Shown here in pieces: positions 1 through 12,076 of a DNA stretch of 64,000 bases. Each line of letters starts with the position of its first letter. The stretch's first letter is position 1. Source of the stretch: an uncultured Planctomycetaceae bacterium (GTDB taxonomy: Bacteria; Planctomycetota; Planctomycetia; Pirellulales; PALSA-1355). Under the pieces are notes generated by a model. The model saw only the letters and a list, made by a program, of their open reading frames with translations, ran no database searches and was not told where the DNA came from. The stretch lies in assembly GCA_963785305.1 (NCBI GenBank), contig CAWAUV010000004.1:320001-384000 (forward strand), read 5' to 3'. The position numbers and the translations under genes are program-made.

Positions 1-593
1 AATCACCGTTTCCACTTCGAACTCCTTCATGCTCTCGCGCAGCTCCCAATGCACGATGTAGCGGCTGTAGCCGTCCAGAATCGTGCAGAGAAAGTAGAAC
101 GTGCCGGCCAGATTGATGTACGAAATATCGACATGCCAGTGGTCGTGCGGCCGCGGCGGCTGCACGAAACCGGTTCCTTTCTTGGACGGCGAGAACTTGC
201 GTTGGTCGAGCCGTCCGCCTTGTTTCAATACCCGATACACGCTGCTGGGACTGACCGCCACCACGTCGAGAGTCGAGCATCATGAACGCCAAGCGGCGGT
301 AGCCGTTCAGCGGATGGCTGTCGTGGTAGGCGAGGATGGCTTGTTTCTCCCAGTCCTCGAGTTCTCGATTCCCCGGGCCACCAGTCGCGCGGGACCTTGC
401 CGTTGTGTTCGTTGGCTTTGCCGTAGCGGTCCTTCCACTGGTGGAACTTGCTCGGCGCCAATTCCAGCCAGCCCAGCAGCCGCTGGGCCGGCAGCTCGGC
501 ACGCTCGGTCCAACGCCCGATGTAATCGACGATGGCGTTGCGCGTGTCGTGGGGAACCCAAACTCCCTTCAGAGTTCCCCAAGCTCTTTTTTT
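1..593 (-). CDS. IS3-family transposase OrfB (integrase core), partial and interrupted by indels
   Basis: -1 frame following A AAA AAG: KKRAWGTLKGVWVPHDTR... Further downstream are segments like 'YRRLAFMMLD', 'GFVQPPRPHDHWHVDISY', 'FYFLCTILDGYSRYIVHWELRESM', typical of rve domains. Confidence 0.7.
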
Positions 594-899
594 GCGCGGA
601 CATTCTCCTCCATCAATTCGGCGATGACTTCGTTCTTGGTGACCAGCTTCGATTCGAGCTGGGCGATCTTCTGGTCCTTGGCCGCTTCCAGCCGCGGCGG
701 CCGCCCGCCCGCCCGCCCACCGCCCGACCGCCTTCTCGGCCTGATCGAGCACCTGCTTGACCCAGAGATGGATCAGGCTGGGCTGAACCTTGAGTTCATC
801 GGCCAAATCCGACACCGGCGTTTTGCCGCTCAAATGCCGCCGCACGACCTGGGCCTTCTGCTCGGCGGAAAAATGCCGCCGTGTTCGCAATTCGCTCAT
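569..899 (-). CDS. IS3-family transposase OrfA (one frameshift near 700-730, in a CCCG repeat)
   Basis: N-terminus MSELRTRRHFSAEQKAQ. After the frameshift it reads ...ELMEENVRAKKELGEL*, with TGA at 571-569. Confidence 0.7.
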
Positions 900-970
900 G
901 GAAACGTCCTCCCTCGGGATTTATGCTAATCCCAACGGCCAAACTTTCCAGTTCCGGGAGGGGCAGGACA

Positions 971-1895
971 GCTCCATCACAGCATATGACCCCACCAGAA
1001 TCTCCGTGATCGAGTTTAGCGGCTCTCGCGTCGTCGCAGCATTGTCGCCGTTGACGTGGCCGAGAGCTTTGGCGACTGCACCCTCCAAATCCAAGTAATA
1101 GAAGCAGGCCGCCCCCTAAGATAAGCACCGGCGCTATTAAGCCGCTTGGATCCGAAAAATCCATTGGTCGATTTGTCGCATAACGGTACATATCCGAGTC
1201 GCCGCCTTTTAAGCCTAACGGATCGCGAGTGATCCAATCGCCAAGTAGCGAATTCAAATATCGGTTTCGCGCCAAATACAGCCCCGTTTCGCCGTCCCAG
1301 CGGTAGCCGCAGTAGAGGGTTTCCCAGGCGTACGCGGAGCCGCTACGCGCGAACCGTGAAGTCGGGATTCAGGAATGTCGGCAAGCCATAGGCGGTGTAC
1401 TGGTAGCGTTCTTCGACGGCGCCGGATGTATTGACGACGGCCGTGACGTTCCAGTTCGCGTCTTGCAAGGCGTACAAACGCTCGGTTGAGCGGTCGCGGA
1501 GGACGAGGTCATCGATGTAGCGCAGGCCCCAAATGAATTGGCGGTCGACGGAATTGTCGCCGACGCGCTCTTTCAATACCTGCCACTGGTTTGAGTAAAA
1601 ATATACGCGAAGGACGCCGGAACTCGTCTTCGTCGTGCGGCGATTGAGGCCGTCGTAGGTGTAGTTGTATGAAACGACGCGCGGCGTCGAGCCGGCGATG
1701 GCGCCGGGATAGGTGATCGCCGTGAGCCGCGTCGTGTTGGCGCTGCCGTCGGCATAGGCGTAATGCACATTCGGCGATGTGGAGGTATTCACGGCGGCGC
1801 CATGCTGCTGGTACTGCGTGACGAGTTGCTGGAAACCATTGTAGGTGTTTTGAATTTGATTTAACACGGTCGAGCCGGCGCTGGCGATTGTAGGT
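971..1895 (-). pseudogene. Orphan Rhs/YD-repeat core fragment with start of C-terminal toxin extension, disrupted by IS
   Basis: YDGLNRR, 'QFIWGLRYIDDLVLRDR', 'YALQDANWNVTAVV...ERYQYTAYG'. After a 1-nt shift near 1345: 'LYCGYRWDGETGLYLARNRY...RDPLG...NRPMDFSDPSGL' (PxxxxDPxGL cleavage motif). No N-terminus or clear start. Confidence 0.85.
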
Positions 1896-2180
1896 ATTGC
1901 CGATGAAGCCTCGCGCGGGCGGTATCCTGGCGGTCGACTCGTGTTACCGCACGAACGGGCTCTTGGCCGCTCGGGCGTCGAAGCACCACTTCCGCGGCAC
2001 GAAAAACGTCGCCGTGTTCTCGGATCGATAGTGGAACGCTCCTCCGTCGCGGTCCATGCGAAACCGGCCGGCGGAAGATTCCAGTCCAGCCGAGGTAAAA
2101 CCGACGGGTCTCTTGCGGGACCTTTACCCGGTGAAGGCGGGTGGGTTTTCGGGAGAGGGAAGGGCCGCATCGTGGTGCGC

Positions 2181-2220
2181 AAAAAAACCCCACCCGGGAA
2201 ATGGCTCAGCCCGGGTGGGG
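2181..2220 (-). terminator. Intrinsic terminator downstream of 16S rRNA
   Basis: Perfect 11-bp stem CCCCACCCGGG/CCCGGGTGGGG followed by T7 on the minus strand. Confidence 0.85.
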
Positions 2221-2361
2221 CTCTCTTCATCAATTTTGGTAGTTTGCCCGATCCACGCGATCAACGCCGAAGCGGAGATAACATGGCGAGCGACCTCTGG
2301 CCAGACACAAGAACTGTCCTCACAAATTCAAATCCGTCGATGTCACCATCAGGCGGATGGA

Positions 2362-3890
<1,529 letters not shown>

Positions 3891-4107
3891 GTTTATACTC
3901 GTTCGACCGAACAAGGCACCCCTCGCCGCAAGCAACCTTCCCGAAGGAAAGTTCCCCACAAACGCAAGGCGACCACATCCGATCGTTATGAGCCAAGCTG
4001 AAAAGGTCTGGTTTGCTGATCGCATAAATTCCATTCGTGAAAATGGAACTTATCGCCAGCTAGCACAGTCTTGTGCTGGCAAATAAATTTCAGAGGTCAC
4101 TACCAAA

Positions 4108-4119
4108 TTGTCAAAGATC
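4108..4119 (-). promoter_or_regulatory. boxA-like antitermination element in rRNA leader
   Basis: GATCTTTGACAA on the minus strand, between promoter and 16S 5' end; resembles the boxA consensus. Confidence 0.7.
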
Positions 4120-4219
4120 GAACAAAAATCCCCGGCTGGCATTCGCCGCCCGCAAAAACCCTAAAGGCCTTAGCCCTTAAAGACTTCAGCAGAAAGCAAT
4201 GTCGCCCGAGGGAAGTCAC

Positions 4220-4247
4220 ATTCTATGAATCAGCGTCGTCTTGTCAA
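4220..4247 (-). promoter_or_regulatory. sigma70-type rRNA promoter
   Basis: TTGACA-16 nt-TAGAAT on the minus strand, about 330 nt upstream of 16S. A 16-nt spacer is typical of rrn P1 promoters. Confidence 0.85.
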
Positions 4248-4644
4248 CAGGCGCCAAACAATTTCTTGCTGGGCCAGCAGACCGATCCGCTGTCGTCGCC
4301 TGTAAGCTGCTTGGCAGCCCGTGAGCAACGTCTCGCAAGCGGGGTCACTCGCGAGTTTCGACGCCACCGAGCAGGCCCTCGTCTCTTGCGAGACTACGAG
4401 CCGCTAGCGGCGGTTGGAGACAGAAGCAAATCTACGGCAGCCAAGCCGTGGCGATCACTCCCGACTGCCGGATTCTCACAAAACTCTGACGTTCCGTCAA
4501 GAGCCCCGTCAGAAGTTTTCTGAATATCGGCCAATGCCCCGGAAAAGCATCACTCGCCCAGGAGCGAGGCCCTACGAATTCGCAAATCGGACAAGCTCGA
4601 CGCGCTCGCGGGCGAAAAAACCATCAGCAAGCCGTGCAAAATGC

Positions 4645-5901
4645 TCAGCGCGCCCTGGAGACCCGTTTGCGATCCGCGCTCGCCGAAACTGGCGGAGTTT
4701 TCGCGGTCTTCCCCGTTTTTTCGCCGCTTTCCGCGACGACTGGCGCCGGCGCCGCACGCACATCGGGCGCCAGGCCGCGGCTGATCCAGCCGCACACCGT
4801 CCCGCTCCCCACATACTCCTCCCAATCGTGGCGAGGGCCCACGAGACAGCAAACGTCGTGCTGCTCGAATTTGGCGAACTCGGCGCCCAGGCGTCCCGGC
4901 GACGCTTGTCCGGTGTAGCCGAGCGCTTCTTGGCAAGACCCGCGGCCATAGAGCCGGCCGTAGCGCTTGAGCACTCGGTCGCACCCGTTGTTGATCAGCG
5001 TGATATGTTCCGTTTGCTCCAAGGCCAAGCCAAATCGCCGCCCGGGCAAGAGCCAATCGTTGTCCATGGCCGAGGCCATCAACACCAGACGCGCGGGCCG
5101 ATAACGTCGCGTCAAATTCGGCATCCGATAGCCATCGATAGATCCGCCGGCCACAAGCTGCAAGGCGCCGCCGATGACCCGCACTCCGAAGCTATAGCCC
5201 ACGAGGCTCAAGGGCCCGCCGGCCGGCAAATGATCGAGAAACCAGGCCAAATGTCGGGCGTCGATATCGGATCGGGCGGCTTTGGCTCGCGCGTCGTTCA
5301 GCGGTCCGCCACCGACTTTTTCGCTCGGCCACGACCAAATCACGAATCGCATCGCCGGCTGGTGGGGAGCATATCGCACCGACACGTTGTACAGCCGCCA
5401 GCCGAATTGCACGGCGTCGTTGTGCGACATGCGATTGCCGTGCATCGCCACGCTTACCGGCGTCGTGGCCGAAAGGGTCGACCAAAACTCGCTGGCGGGG
5501 GTTTGGACCCAGCGAGCGGCGCGATATCGCCAATACCAAAGCGGCGGCCCCGTGGGTGAGCAGCCGGTCGTGCAGCCGCAGCCGCGACTGCTGACGATCC
5601 AGATATCATCTTCAGGTCGCGGAATCGTGACAGGCGACGCGGGCGGGCAGGGCTTCGCGGCGGGAGTCGCGCATGCGGGCAACGCCCCAACGCTCGCGGT
5701 CGCGGAATTCGCGAGCGTCGAATTCGCCGAGACCATCGCCGGCGTCGGGCCGGGCGCCGCTGGCTCGGCCGAGGCATGCGCGAGCGCAAGCGGCAAGCGA
5801 GCGAGCGACTGTTGCCAGCGCGCCGCGGGCGAACCGAAGGCCAGGAGCCCGGCGATTGCGAATATTTGGAAAAAGCCGCCCATGTCCACGATCCATCGCA
5901 T
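4645..5901 (-). CDS. Secreted alpha/beta-hydrolase-like protein (DUF900-like); start uncertain
   Basis: Signal-like N-terminus, 'AMHGN', 'VIWSWPS', nucleophile elbow 'VGYSFGVRV', 'NGCDRVL'. Confidence 0.65.
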   Translation of the reverse strand: MRWIVDMGGFFQIFAIAGLLAFGSPAARWQQSLARLPLALAHASAEPAAPGPTPAMVSANSTLANSATASVGALPACATPAAKPCPPASPVTIPRPEDDIWIVSSRGCGCTTGCSPTGPPLWYWRYRAARWVQTPASEFWSTLSATTPVSVAMHGNRMSHNDAVQFGWRLYNVSVRYAPHQPAMRFVIWSWPSEKVGGGPLNDARAKAARSDIDARHLAWFLDHLPAGGPLSLVGYSFGVRVIGGALQLVAGGSIDGYRMPNLTRRYRPARLVLMASAMDNDWLLPGRRFGLALEQTEHITLINNGCDRVLKRYGRLYGRGSCQEALGYTGQASPGRLGAEFAKFEQHDVCCLVGPRHDWEEYVGSGTVCGWISRGLAPDVRAAPAPVVAESGEKTGKTAKTPPVSASADRKRVSRAR

Positions 5902-6284
5902 TCGTTGCCGCCGTCAATGCGCAATGATAGTGGCTTCCATGCGAAAGGGAAGCCAGCGCGGCGGATTCACTCATCGTCGCCCGCGAGCGAAACTCTTTTG
6001 TTTAGGCAAACAGCGATGGGTCGGCGGGAGTGTAGCATTTTTGCCACCGCGATTTCGGCGGCGCGTCGAGCATGTTCGCTTCAATCGGGCGCGAATCGAC
6101 CGATTGCGGCGAATTGGCCAATGAACCATTTCGCCGCGCGGGTGGCGAAAAAGTACCGTGAATAAAAAAATCGACGCGGCGAGTTGCATGTTCGCAACCG
6201 CGATGTAGAGTTGCTTGCCCAACAAACATAAACGCGACGGGGTTCGGTCTCTCTCCCGCCCCCGCATGCAATGGAGATCGTGAA

Positions 6285-6539
6285 ATGAAACGCTTGATGA
6301 TCGTGGCGATCTCCGCGGCTTGGTTCGCGGGATCGACCGGTTGCTCGAGTCTCTGCCCCTGGTCGCACTCGAACTCGACGTATTCCTCGTGCGCTCCGGT
6401 GGCGACCTCGGCGTGCTCGCCGGTGATGGATGGCTGTGGCAGCCCGATGATGGGCGCGACCTCGGCGCCGATGATTCAGAGCCAAGGTCCGACCACGATG
6501 ATGCCGACGCCGGAAATCTACACGCCGGCGCCCCGCTGA
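6285..6539 (+). CDS. Small Cys/Pro-rich putative lipoprotein
   Basis: GGAG RBS. MKRLMIVAISAAWFAGSTG-C (lipobox-like). Followed by a terminator. Confidence 0.65.
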   Translation: MKRLMIVAISAAWFAGSTGCSSLCPWSHSNSTYSSCAPVATSACSPVMDGCGSPMMGATSAPMIQSQGPTTMMPTPEIYTPAPR

Positions 6540-6565
6540 TTCGAGTCGCCGATCCGAAAATACAT

Positions 6566-6623
6566 GTCCGCCGCGAGCGTTGTCGCCATCCTGACCGGCA
6601 ATACTCGCGGCGGGCTTTTTTTT
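6566..6623 (+). terminator. Intrinsic terminator
   Basis: GTCCGCCGCGAG...CTCGCGGCGGGC hairpin followed by T8. Confidence 0.75.
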
Positions 6624-6771
6624 GGGCGTTTCCGTCGAACGCGATTCGAAGGCGATTCGCGCCGAATCTCTCCGGCCTCGGGCTCCGCATGGCGGTCCGC
6701 GGAGCTTGCTTCGCGCATCGTCCCACAGGCGGGCGTTTGCCGCGCGGGCGAAAATCGGGCATGATGTTGCG

Positions 6772-7209
6772 ATGCCAGCTCACAGCCCCCTGCCCCTGTT
6801 GCAAGCGATCGTGCTCTGCGATTGCATTTATTCCGATGCCCGCACCGGCAAGAAGGTGCTGGCCGGCACATTCAACACGCTCTGGGCGGTGGAGTTTCCC
6901 ACCGTGTTTGCCCGCAGCACATTTGTTTATCTGTGCGTAACCGAGGTGCATCGCGAAGCGACGCTCGGAATGCGATATGTCGACCTGGACACGAACGACG
7001 CGCTGCTAAGTCTCGACGGCATCGTGCTCGAGGCCGAGTCGCCGGTGCTGAGCGTCGAGCTGGCGATCGAGATTCCGCCGCTGCCGATGCCCCACGCCGG
7101 GCCCTATGCGATCGAGGTCGTGTGCGGAGATTCGCCGTTGGGCTCGGTGCGCATGCTCGCCCAAAAAATCGCGCCGCCCCCGCCCGCCAACGGCCACACG
7201 CCGCGATGA
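6772..7209 (+). CDS. Conserved hypothetical beta-sandwich protein (DUF6941-like)
   Basis: 'PLLQAIVLCDCIYSDARTGKKVLAGTF...FP', 'GPYAIEV'. High-GC3 codon pattern. Confidence 0.65.
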   Translation: MPAHSPLPLLQAIVLCDCIYSDARTGKKVLAGTFNTLWAVEFPTVFARSTFVYLCVTEVHREATLGMRYVDLDTNDALLSLDGIVLEAESPVLSVELAIEIPPLPMPHAGPYAIEVVCGDSPLGSVRMLAQKIAPPPPANGHTPR

Positions 7210-7364
7210 ACACCACGCGGTCGAATTCTCGGGCCAAATAGGCCGCTGATTGCGGGCGCCCTAAAAGAGCGGTAGAGTGATTCTCCGGCGCGCCCGTTTT
7301 TGTGTCGCGTCAATACTCGTCACTCTTCTTCGTCTCGTCCGCTGGCGCTGAACACGGTTATTCG

Positions 7365-8949
7365 ATGCTCGCCAAACTGCGCACTTTTTCGCTTGTTGGC
7401 ATCGAAGCCTTGCCGGTGGAGGTCGAGGTCGATGTGTCCCCCGGCGCGCTGCCGAAGACAGTGCTGGTGGGCCTGCCCGAAGCCGCGGTCAAGGAGAGCA
7501 CGCATCGCGTCGAGCGCGCGCTGGTGAATTCGGGATTCATGCGCCGCACGATCGCGTGGTGATCAATCTGGCCCCGGCCGAGCTTCCCAAGCAAGCGGCG
7601 TCGTTCGACTTGCCGATTTCGCTGGGCATGCTCGCCGCCGCTGGTCAGATCGAGGGCGCGCGATTCGACCGCTATGCCGTGGTGGGCGAGCTCGCGCTCG
7701 ACGGCACGACCCGGCCCACGCGCGCGCGCTGTCGATCGCGATTGCCGCCGCGCGGCAAAAAGGCCTGGTCGGGCTCGTGGTGCCGCGCTCGAGCGCCGCC
7801 GAGTCGGCGGTGGTCGAGGGCCTCGAAGTGATTGCCGTCGATTCGCTCACCCAAGCCGTGGCGTTTTTCAGCGGTCAGATCGATATCGAACCCACGGCCC
7901 CGCAGCTCCAAAATTGGTTCGCCGAATATGGCGCTTACGATGTCGACTTCTCCGATGTGCGCGGCCAAGAGCTCGCCAAGCGGGCAATCACGATCGCCGC
8001 CAGCGGGCAACACAATTTGCTCATGCTCGGTCCGCCGGGGTCCGGCAAGACGATGCTCGCCAAGCGCATGCCCACGATTCTTCCCTCCCTCACTCCGGCC
8101 GAGTCGATCGAAACCACGCGCATCTCTAGCGCGCTGGGACTGCTCAAGGCCGGGCAGCCGCTCTTGGCCACGCGACCTTATCGGGCGCCGCACCACACGA
8201 TCAGCGACGCCGGACTGGTCGGCGGCGGCTCGACGCCCTCGCCGGGCGAGATATCCCTCTCGCACAACGGAGTCCTTTTTCTCGACGAACTGCCCGAGTT
8301 CAATCGGCGCACGCTCGAAGTGCTTCGCCAGCCGCTCGAAGACGGGTCGGTCACGATCTCGCGCGCGCTCAACAGCACCACGTTTCCAGCGAATTTTCTG
8401 CTGATCGCGGCGCTGAATCCGTGTCCCTGCGGATATCGCAACGATCCGCGCCGCGATTGCCATTGCACCGTGCCCCAGATCGAACGCTACATGAGCAAGA
8501 TTTCGGGCCCGCTCTTGGATCGCATCGACATTCATATCGAGGCCCCGGCCGTGGCCTTCAAGGAGCTCTCGGCCAAGAGCGGCGGCACGACCAGCGCCAT
8601 GATGCGCGAGCGGGTCGAGCAGGCGCGGGCCGTGCAGCGGCGCCGGTTTGCCGGCACGCACACGCGAGCCAATGGCCAGATGACCCATCGCCAGATTCGC
8701 GCCCATTGCCAGCTCGACGACGCCGGCATGAACCTACTCAAGGCCACGATGACGGAGCTAGGGCTCTCGGCCCGAGCTCACGATAAGATTCTACGGGTCG
8801 CCCGCACGATTGCCGATCTCGAAACGACGCTGGACCCGACGGAAATCGACCGCGCGACGGACAATCCGCCGCCCGACCCTCCCATTCGGCCGGAGCATGT
8901 GAGCGAAGCGGTGAACTACCGCATGCTCGACCGGCAAATGTGGACATGA
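7365..8949 (+). CDS. comM: YifB/ComM family Mg-chelatase-like AAA ATPase (2 frameshifts, near 7550 and 7725)
   Basis: 'VEVEVDVSPG', 'INLAPAELPK', Walker A GPPGSGKT, 'PYRAPHHT', 'LFLDELPEF', 'NPCPCG', 'ISGPLLDRID', 'LSARAHDKILRVARTIADL'. Confidence 0.92.
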
Positions 8950-8963
8950 CGCGCGGCGCGAGG

Positions 8964-11061
8964 TCACGACTCCTCGGCGCCAGTCGGCGCGAGTTCGCGA
9001 AACAGCGCGAGCAGCATGTGTCGATCGACCGGCTTCGTGAGATGCCGCCAAAAGCCCGCGGCCAATGAACGGTTGATATCCTCGGGCCGGCCGTAACCGG
9101 TCAGCGCCACGAGCCGGGGGCAAGCGTCGCCGAGCGCATCGCGCATCCGGCGCGCGACTTCGTAGCCATCCATGCCGGGCAGGCCGATATCGAGAAACAC
9201 GATTTCAGTTCGTTTCTTTTCAACCGCGGCAAGCGCCGCGGGACCATTGGCGACCGTTTCAACCCGGTGGCCCATCGAACGAAGCAGGAGCGCCAGGAGT
9301 TGGGCCGCGTCGCGATTGTCGTCGAGCACCAACACTTCGCGCACCCGGGCGGCGGGGGCTTCCCGGGCGCCGTTCGCGTGCCGGGACGAGGCATTCCAGT
9401 CGCTCGGAAGCGCGGGCACTTCCACCACGAATTCACTGCCGGCGCCGGGGCCGTCGCTCTCGGCATGAATCTTGCCCGCGTGAAGTTCCACGATGCGGCG
9501 AACCAGCGTGAGTCCAATTCCGAGCCCGCCCTGCGCACGGTCGAGCGAACGATCGACCTGCATGAATAGATCGAATACATGTGGAAGCATCTCGCGCGAA
9601 ATCCCCACGCCCGAATCGCGCACCCGGATTTGGATCCAATCGTCCCGGCGTTCGATCGCGAGCGAGATTCTTCCGCCCGCGTCGGTGTATTTCGCGGCAT
9701 TGTTGAGCAGGTTGGCAATCACCTGGGCAATGCGAGTCGGATCGCCCAGCATGCGCTCCGGCCGCTCGGGCAATTTGATCGTGAGCTCATGCCGCAGCGA
9801 ACGGATCAGCGGTCGGCTGATTTCGACCGCTTGGGCGGCGGCGGCGGCGATATCGAAGGCCTCCTTCCGCAAATTGATTTTGCCCTGGGTAATGCGCGCG
9901 ACATCGAGCAGATCATCGATCAGACGTTTCATCTGACCGATTTGCCGCTCGATAATGTCGCAGGCCATGGTCATTTGCTCGCTCATGGATTCGCTGAGCT
10001 TGAGAAGTTCCATGGCGCTCAATATCGGCGAGAGCGGATTGCGAAGCTCGTGGGCCAGCATCGCCAAAAACTCGTTTTTGCGCTGATCGGCGACCGCAAG
10101 TTGATCAACCCGCGAGCGGAGCGCATGTTCCAGACGCCTGCTTTCGATCGCCAGACCGATGATATTGGCGACGGCGCGGAGCGCGTGCATGTCGTCGGGA
10201 TCGAGCGTGATCGGCCGGGCGCGGAACAAGCTGAGCGCGCCAATGCGCTCGCCATGAGCCAAAAGCGGCAGGGTCGCGGCATGGGTGATGCTTTCCCCCA
10301 GCAGCCAAGCGCGCAGTTCGCTCTCGGGCCACTGGGCGATGTTCGACAGCTTGGGGGCGCCCGAAACGGGCAAGGCGAAGTCGGGATGGCGATCGATCGA
10401 AAAGTCGAAGTGACGCGCGGCCGGCATCGCATCGCCCCATCCAGCGGCGGCCGAGAGCCGCAGCGATTTGCCGGCCGGGTCGAATTCCCAGAGGGCGCAG
10501 CGGTCGATGGGCATTGTCTGACCGATGGTTTTCAGGACGCCCGCCGCCAGCCGTTCGAGGCTTTCGCCCGCCAGCGCGGCCCGGCCCAATTCGGCGAGGC
10601 CCGCGTTTTGACTGCCGCGGGCGGCCGATTCGGCGTCGTATACGGCGCGCTCGGTTACGTCTTCGATGAGCGTGAGCGTGCCGAGAATGCCGGTGTCGTC
10701 GATCAGCGGCGTGATCCGCGCGCTTTGCTGCATTTGCGAAAAACCCGATCGCGAGACGGTTGCCGGCATCGGCAAGAGATACCGGTGCAAGGCTTGCGAA
10801 AGCACGACCACCTGCCCGGCCATGGCGCAGAAACGCCTTGTCGAGCTTGCGAGCCGCAAGTTCGGGAAAGACTTCGAGCAGCGAACGTCCCTCGACACTG
10901 CTCGCCGAGCGGCGGGTGTTGATTTCGAGCCAGTGGTTCCAGGTCGTGATCCGCAGCTCGCGATCCGTGGTGAACAACCCGCCGTTGACGATATCTTGCA
11001 AGGCGCGCGCAATCGGCGCTTGGAGCGATCGAGCGCGGGCGACGTCCTTGTTCGAGATCAT
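8964..11061 (-). CDS. Hybrid sensor histidine kinase PAS-GAF-HisKA-HATPase-REC (frameshift near 10825)
   Basis: PAS-like N-terminus (ITTWNHWLE...LLEVFPEL), GAF, H-box 'EFLAMLAHELRNPL', 'NLLNNAAKYT', 'DSGVGI', 'GLGIGL', receiver 'FLDIGLPGMDG', 'HLTKP'. Confidence 0.9.
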
Positions 11062-11077
11062 GGATTCGCGTCGGTTT

Positions 11078-11711
11078 CTAGAGCGCGTCGGACGCGCCGC
11101 TGGCGGCTCGCATTGCCCATTGTTCGACCGCATGCACCAATTGATCGAGCGATGTGATACCGAGCACGATCACCATGCGACCTTCGACATGACAATCGCG
11201 GATATCAAAATTCGATCCCACGACCAATCCAAATTTCAATTCCGCCTTGCCGGTGCCGAGCGACGACAGAAATTCATCGAGCGCCTCGATATGCAACTGC
11301 GGCACGGTGAACGAAAGTCGCACCTGCAAGAGATTGCCGAAAATGCCGAGGCAGGCATTGAGCAGGATATTCCCCACTTCCGACAGCACTTCTTTCGACG
11401 CCGTGCCGAGCCGCGAACTGGTGTCGGTGTCGCCCGAAAGCACCCGCACCAAATTGACCGCGCCGTCGTGGTTGAGCACCAGGAGCGCGTCGCCATCGAG
11501 CGGACCGAGAAAAAACTGGTGGATGATCGTCACATCCCCCCGCACGAACTGCGAGAGCGCCGCGCCCAGTTCCGAAAACGCATGCACGGAGACCTCGGGC
11601 ACATCGAGCTCGACTCGGTTGCCCGTGAGATCCGAGACGCCGCGCCGCGCGCGAAAAGGCGATATTGATGAGTTCCGTGAGCGCGTTGCGCTGGGATTCG
11701 GTGAGCTCCAT
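11078..11711 (-). CDS. cheC: CheC-family chemotaxis phosphatase (frameshift near 11640)
   Basis: Two ExxN motifs: 'LTELINI' and 'LSEVGNI'. Confidence 0.85.
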
Positions 11712-12076
11712 CAGTTTTCATTCCCCAACGCTTGAGCCACCGCGTGCAGCACGGTTGCGTTTACAAACGGCTTGGAGACGAACCCCCGAGCGCCGGCGCT
11801 TTCGGTCATCACGCGGGTCGAGCTCTGAATATCGGCCGTGGCGATCACGACGCGGGCCGCGGGATCGATCTCCCGCAGTTTTCGCAGGACTTCGAGACCG
11901 TTCATGCCCTTCATGGTCATATCCAAGAACACGAGATCGGGCTTTTCGAGGTAGTAGGTCTCGAGCGCCGACATTCCGTCCGCCGATTCGATGACCTGAT
12001 ATCCGCCATCGGTCAGAATCGAGCGGGAGATTCGACGAGAAAGGCTCGAATCATCGACAATCAGTATCTTCGGCAT
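11711..12076 (-). CDS. cheY: CheY-like single-domain response regulator
   Basis: 'ILIVDDS', 'VFLDMTM', 'TA', 'SKP'; 121 aa. Confidence 0.88.
   Translation of the reverse strand: MPKILIVDDSSLSRRISRSILTDGGYQVIESADGMSALETYYLEKPDLVFLDMTMKGMNGLEVLRKLREIDPAARVVIATADIQSSTRVMTESAGARGFVSKPFVNATVLHAVAQALGNEN

Larger units (their letters stand above)
1..970 (-). mobile_element. IS3-family insertion sequence (left end plus orfA and 5' part of orfB; runs off window start)
   Basis: Minus strand starts TGTCCTGCCCCTCCCGGAACTGGAAA at 970 (the 5'-TG end typical of IS3). HTH-type OrfA 'RRHFSAEQKAQVVRRHL...VSDLADEL'. A7G motif at 586-593. OrfB-like 'GVWVPHDTRNAIVDY...KFHQWKDRYGKANEHNG'. Confidence 0.8.

Noticed and set aside
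2060..2160. Cloverleaf-like hairpins behind the 16S terminator as a tRNA or ncRNA
   Set aside because: No TTC T-loop, D-loop or 7-bp acceptor stem/CCA; nothing recognisable, and hairpins are expected by chance at this GC content.
7365..8949. comM interrupted by an integrated element (a known hotspot)
   Set aside because: The breaks are 1-2 nt shifts with colinear protein on both sides; no inserted DNA.
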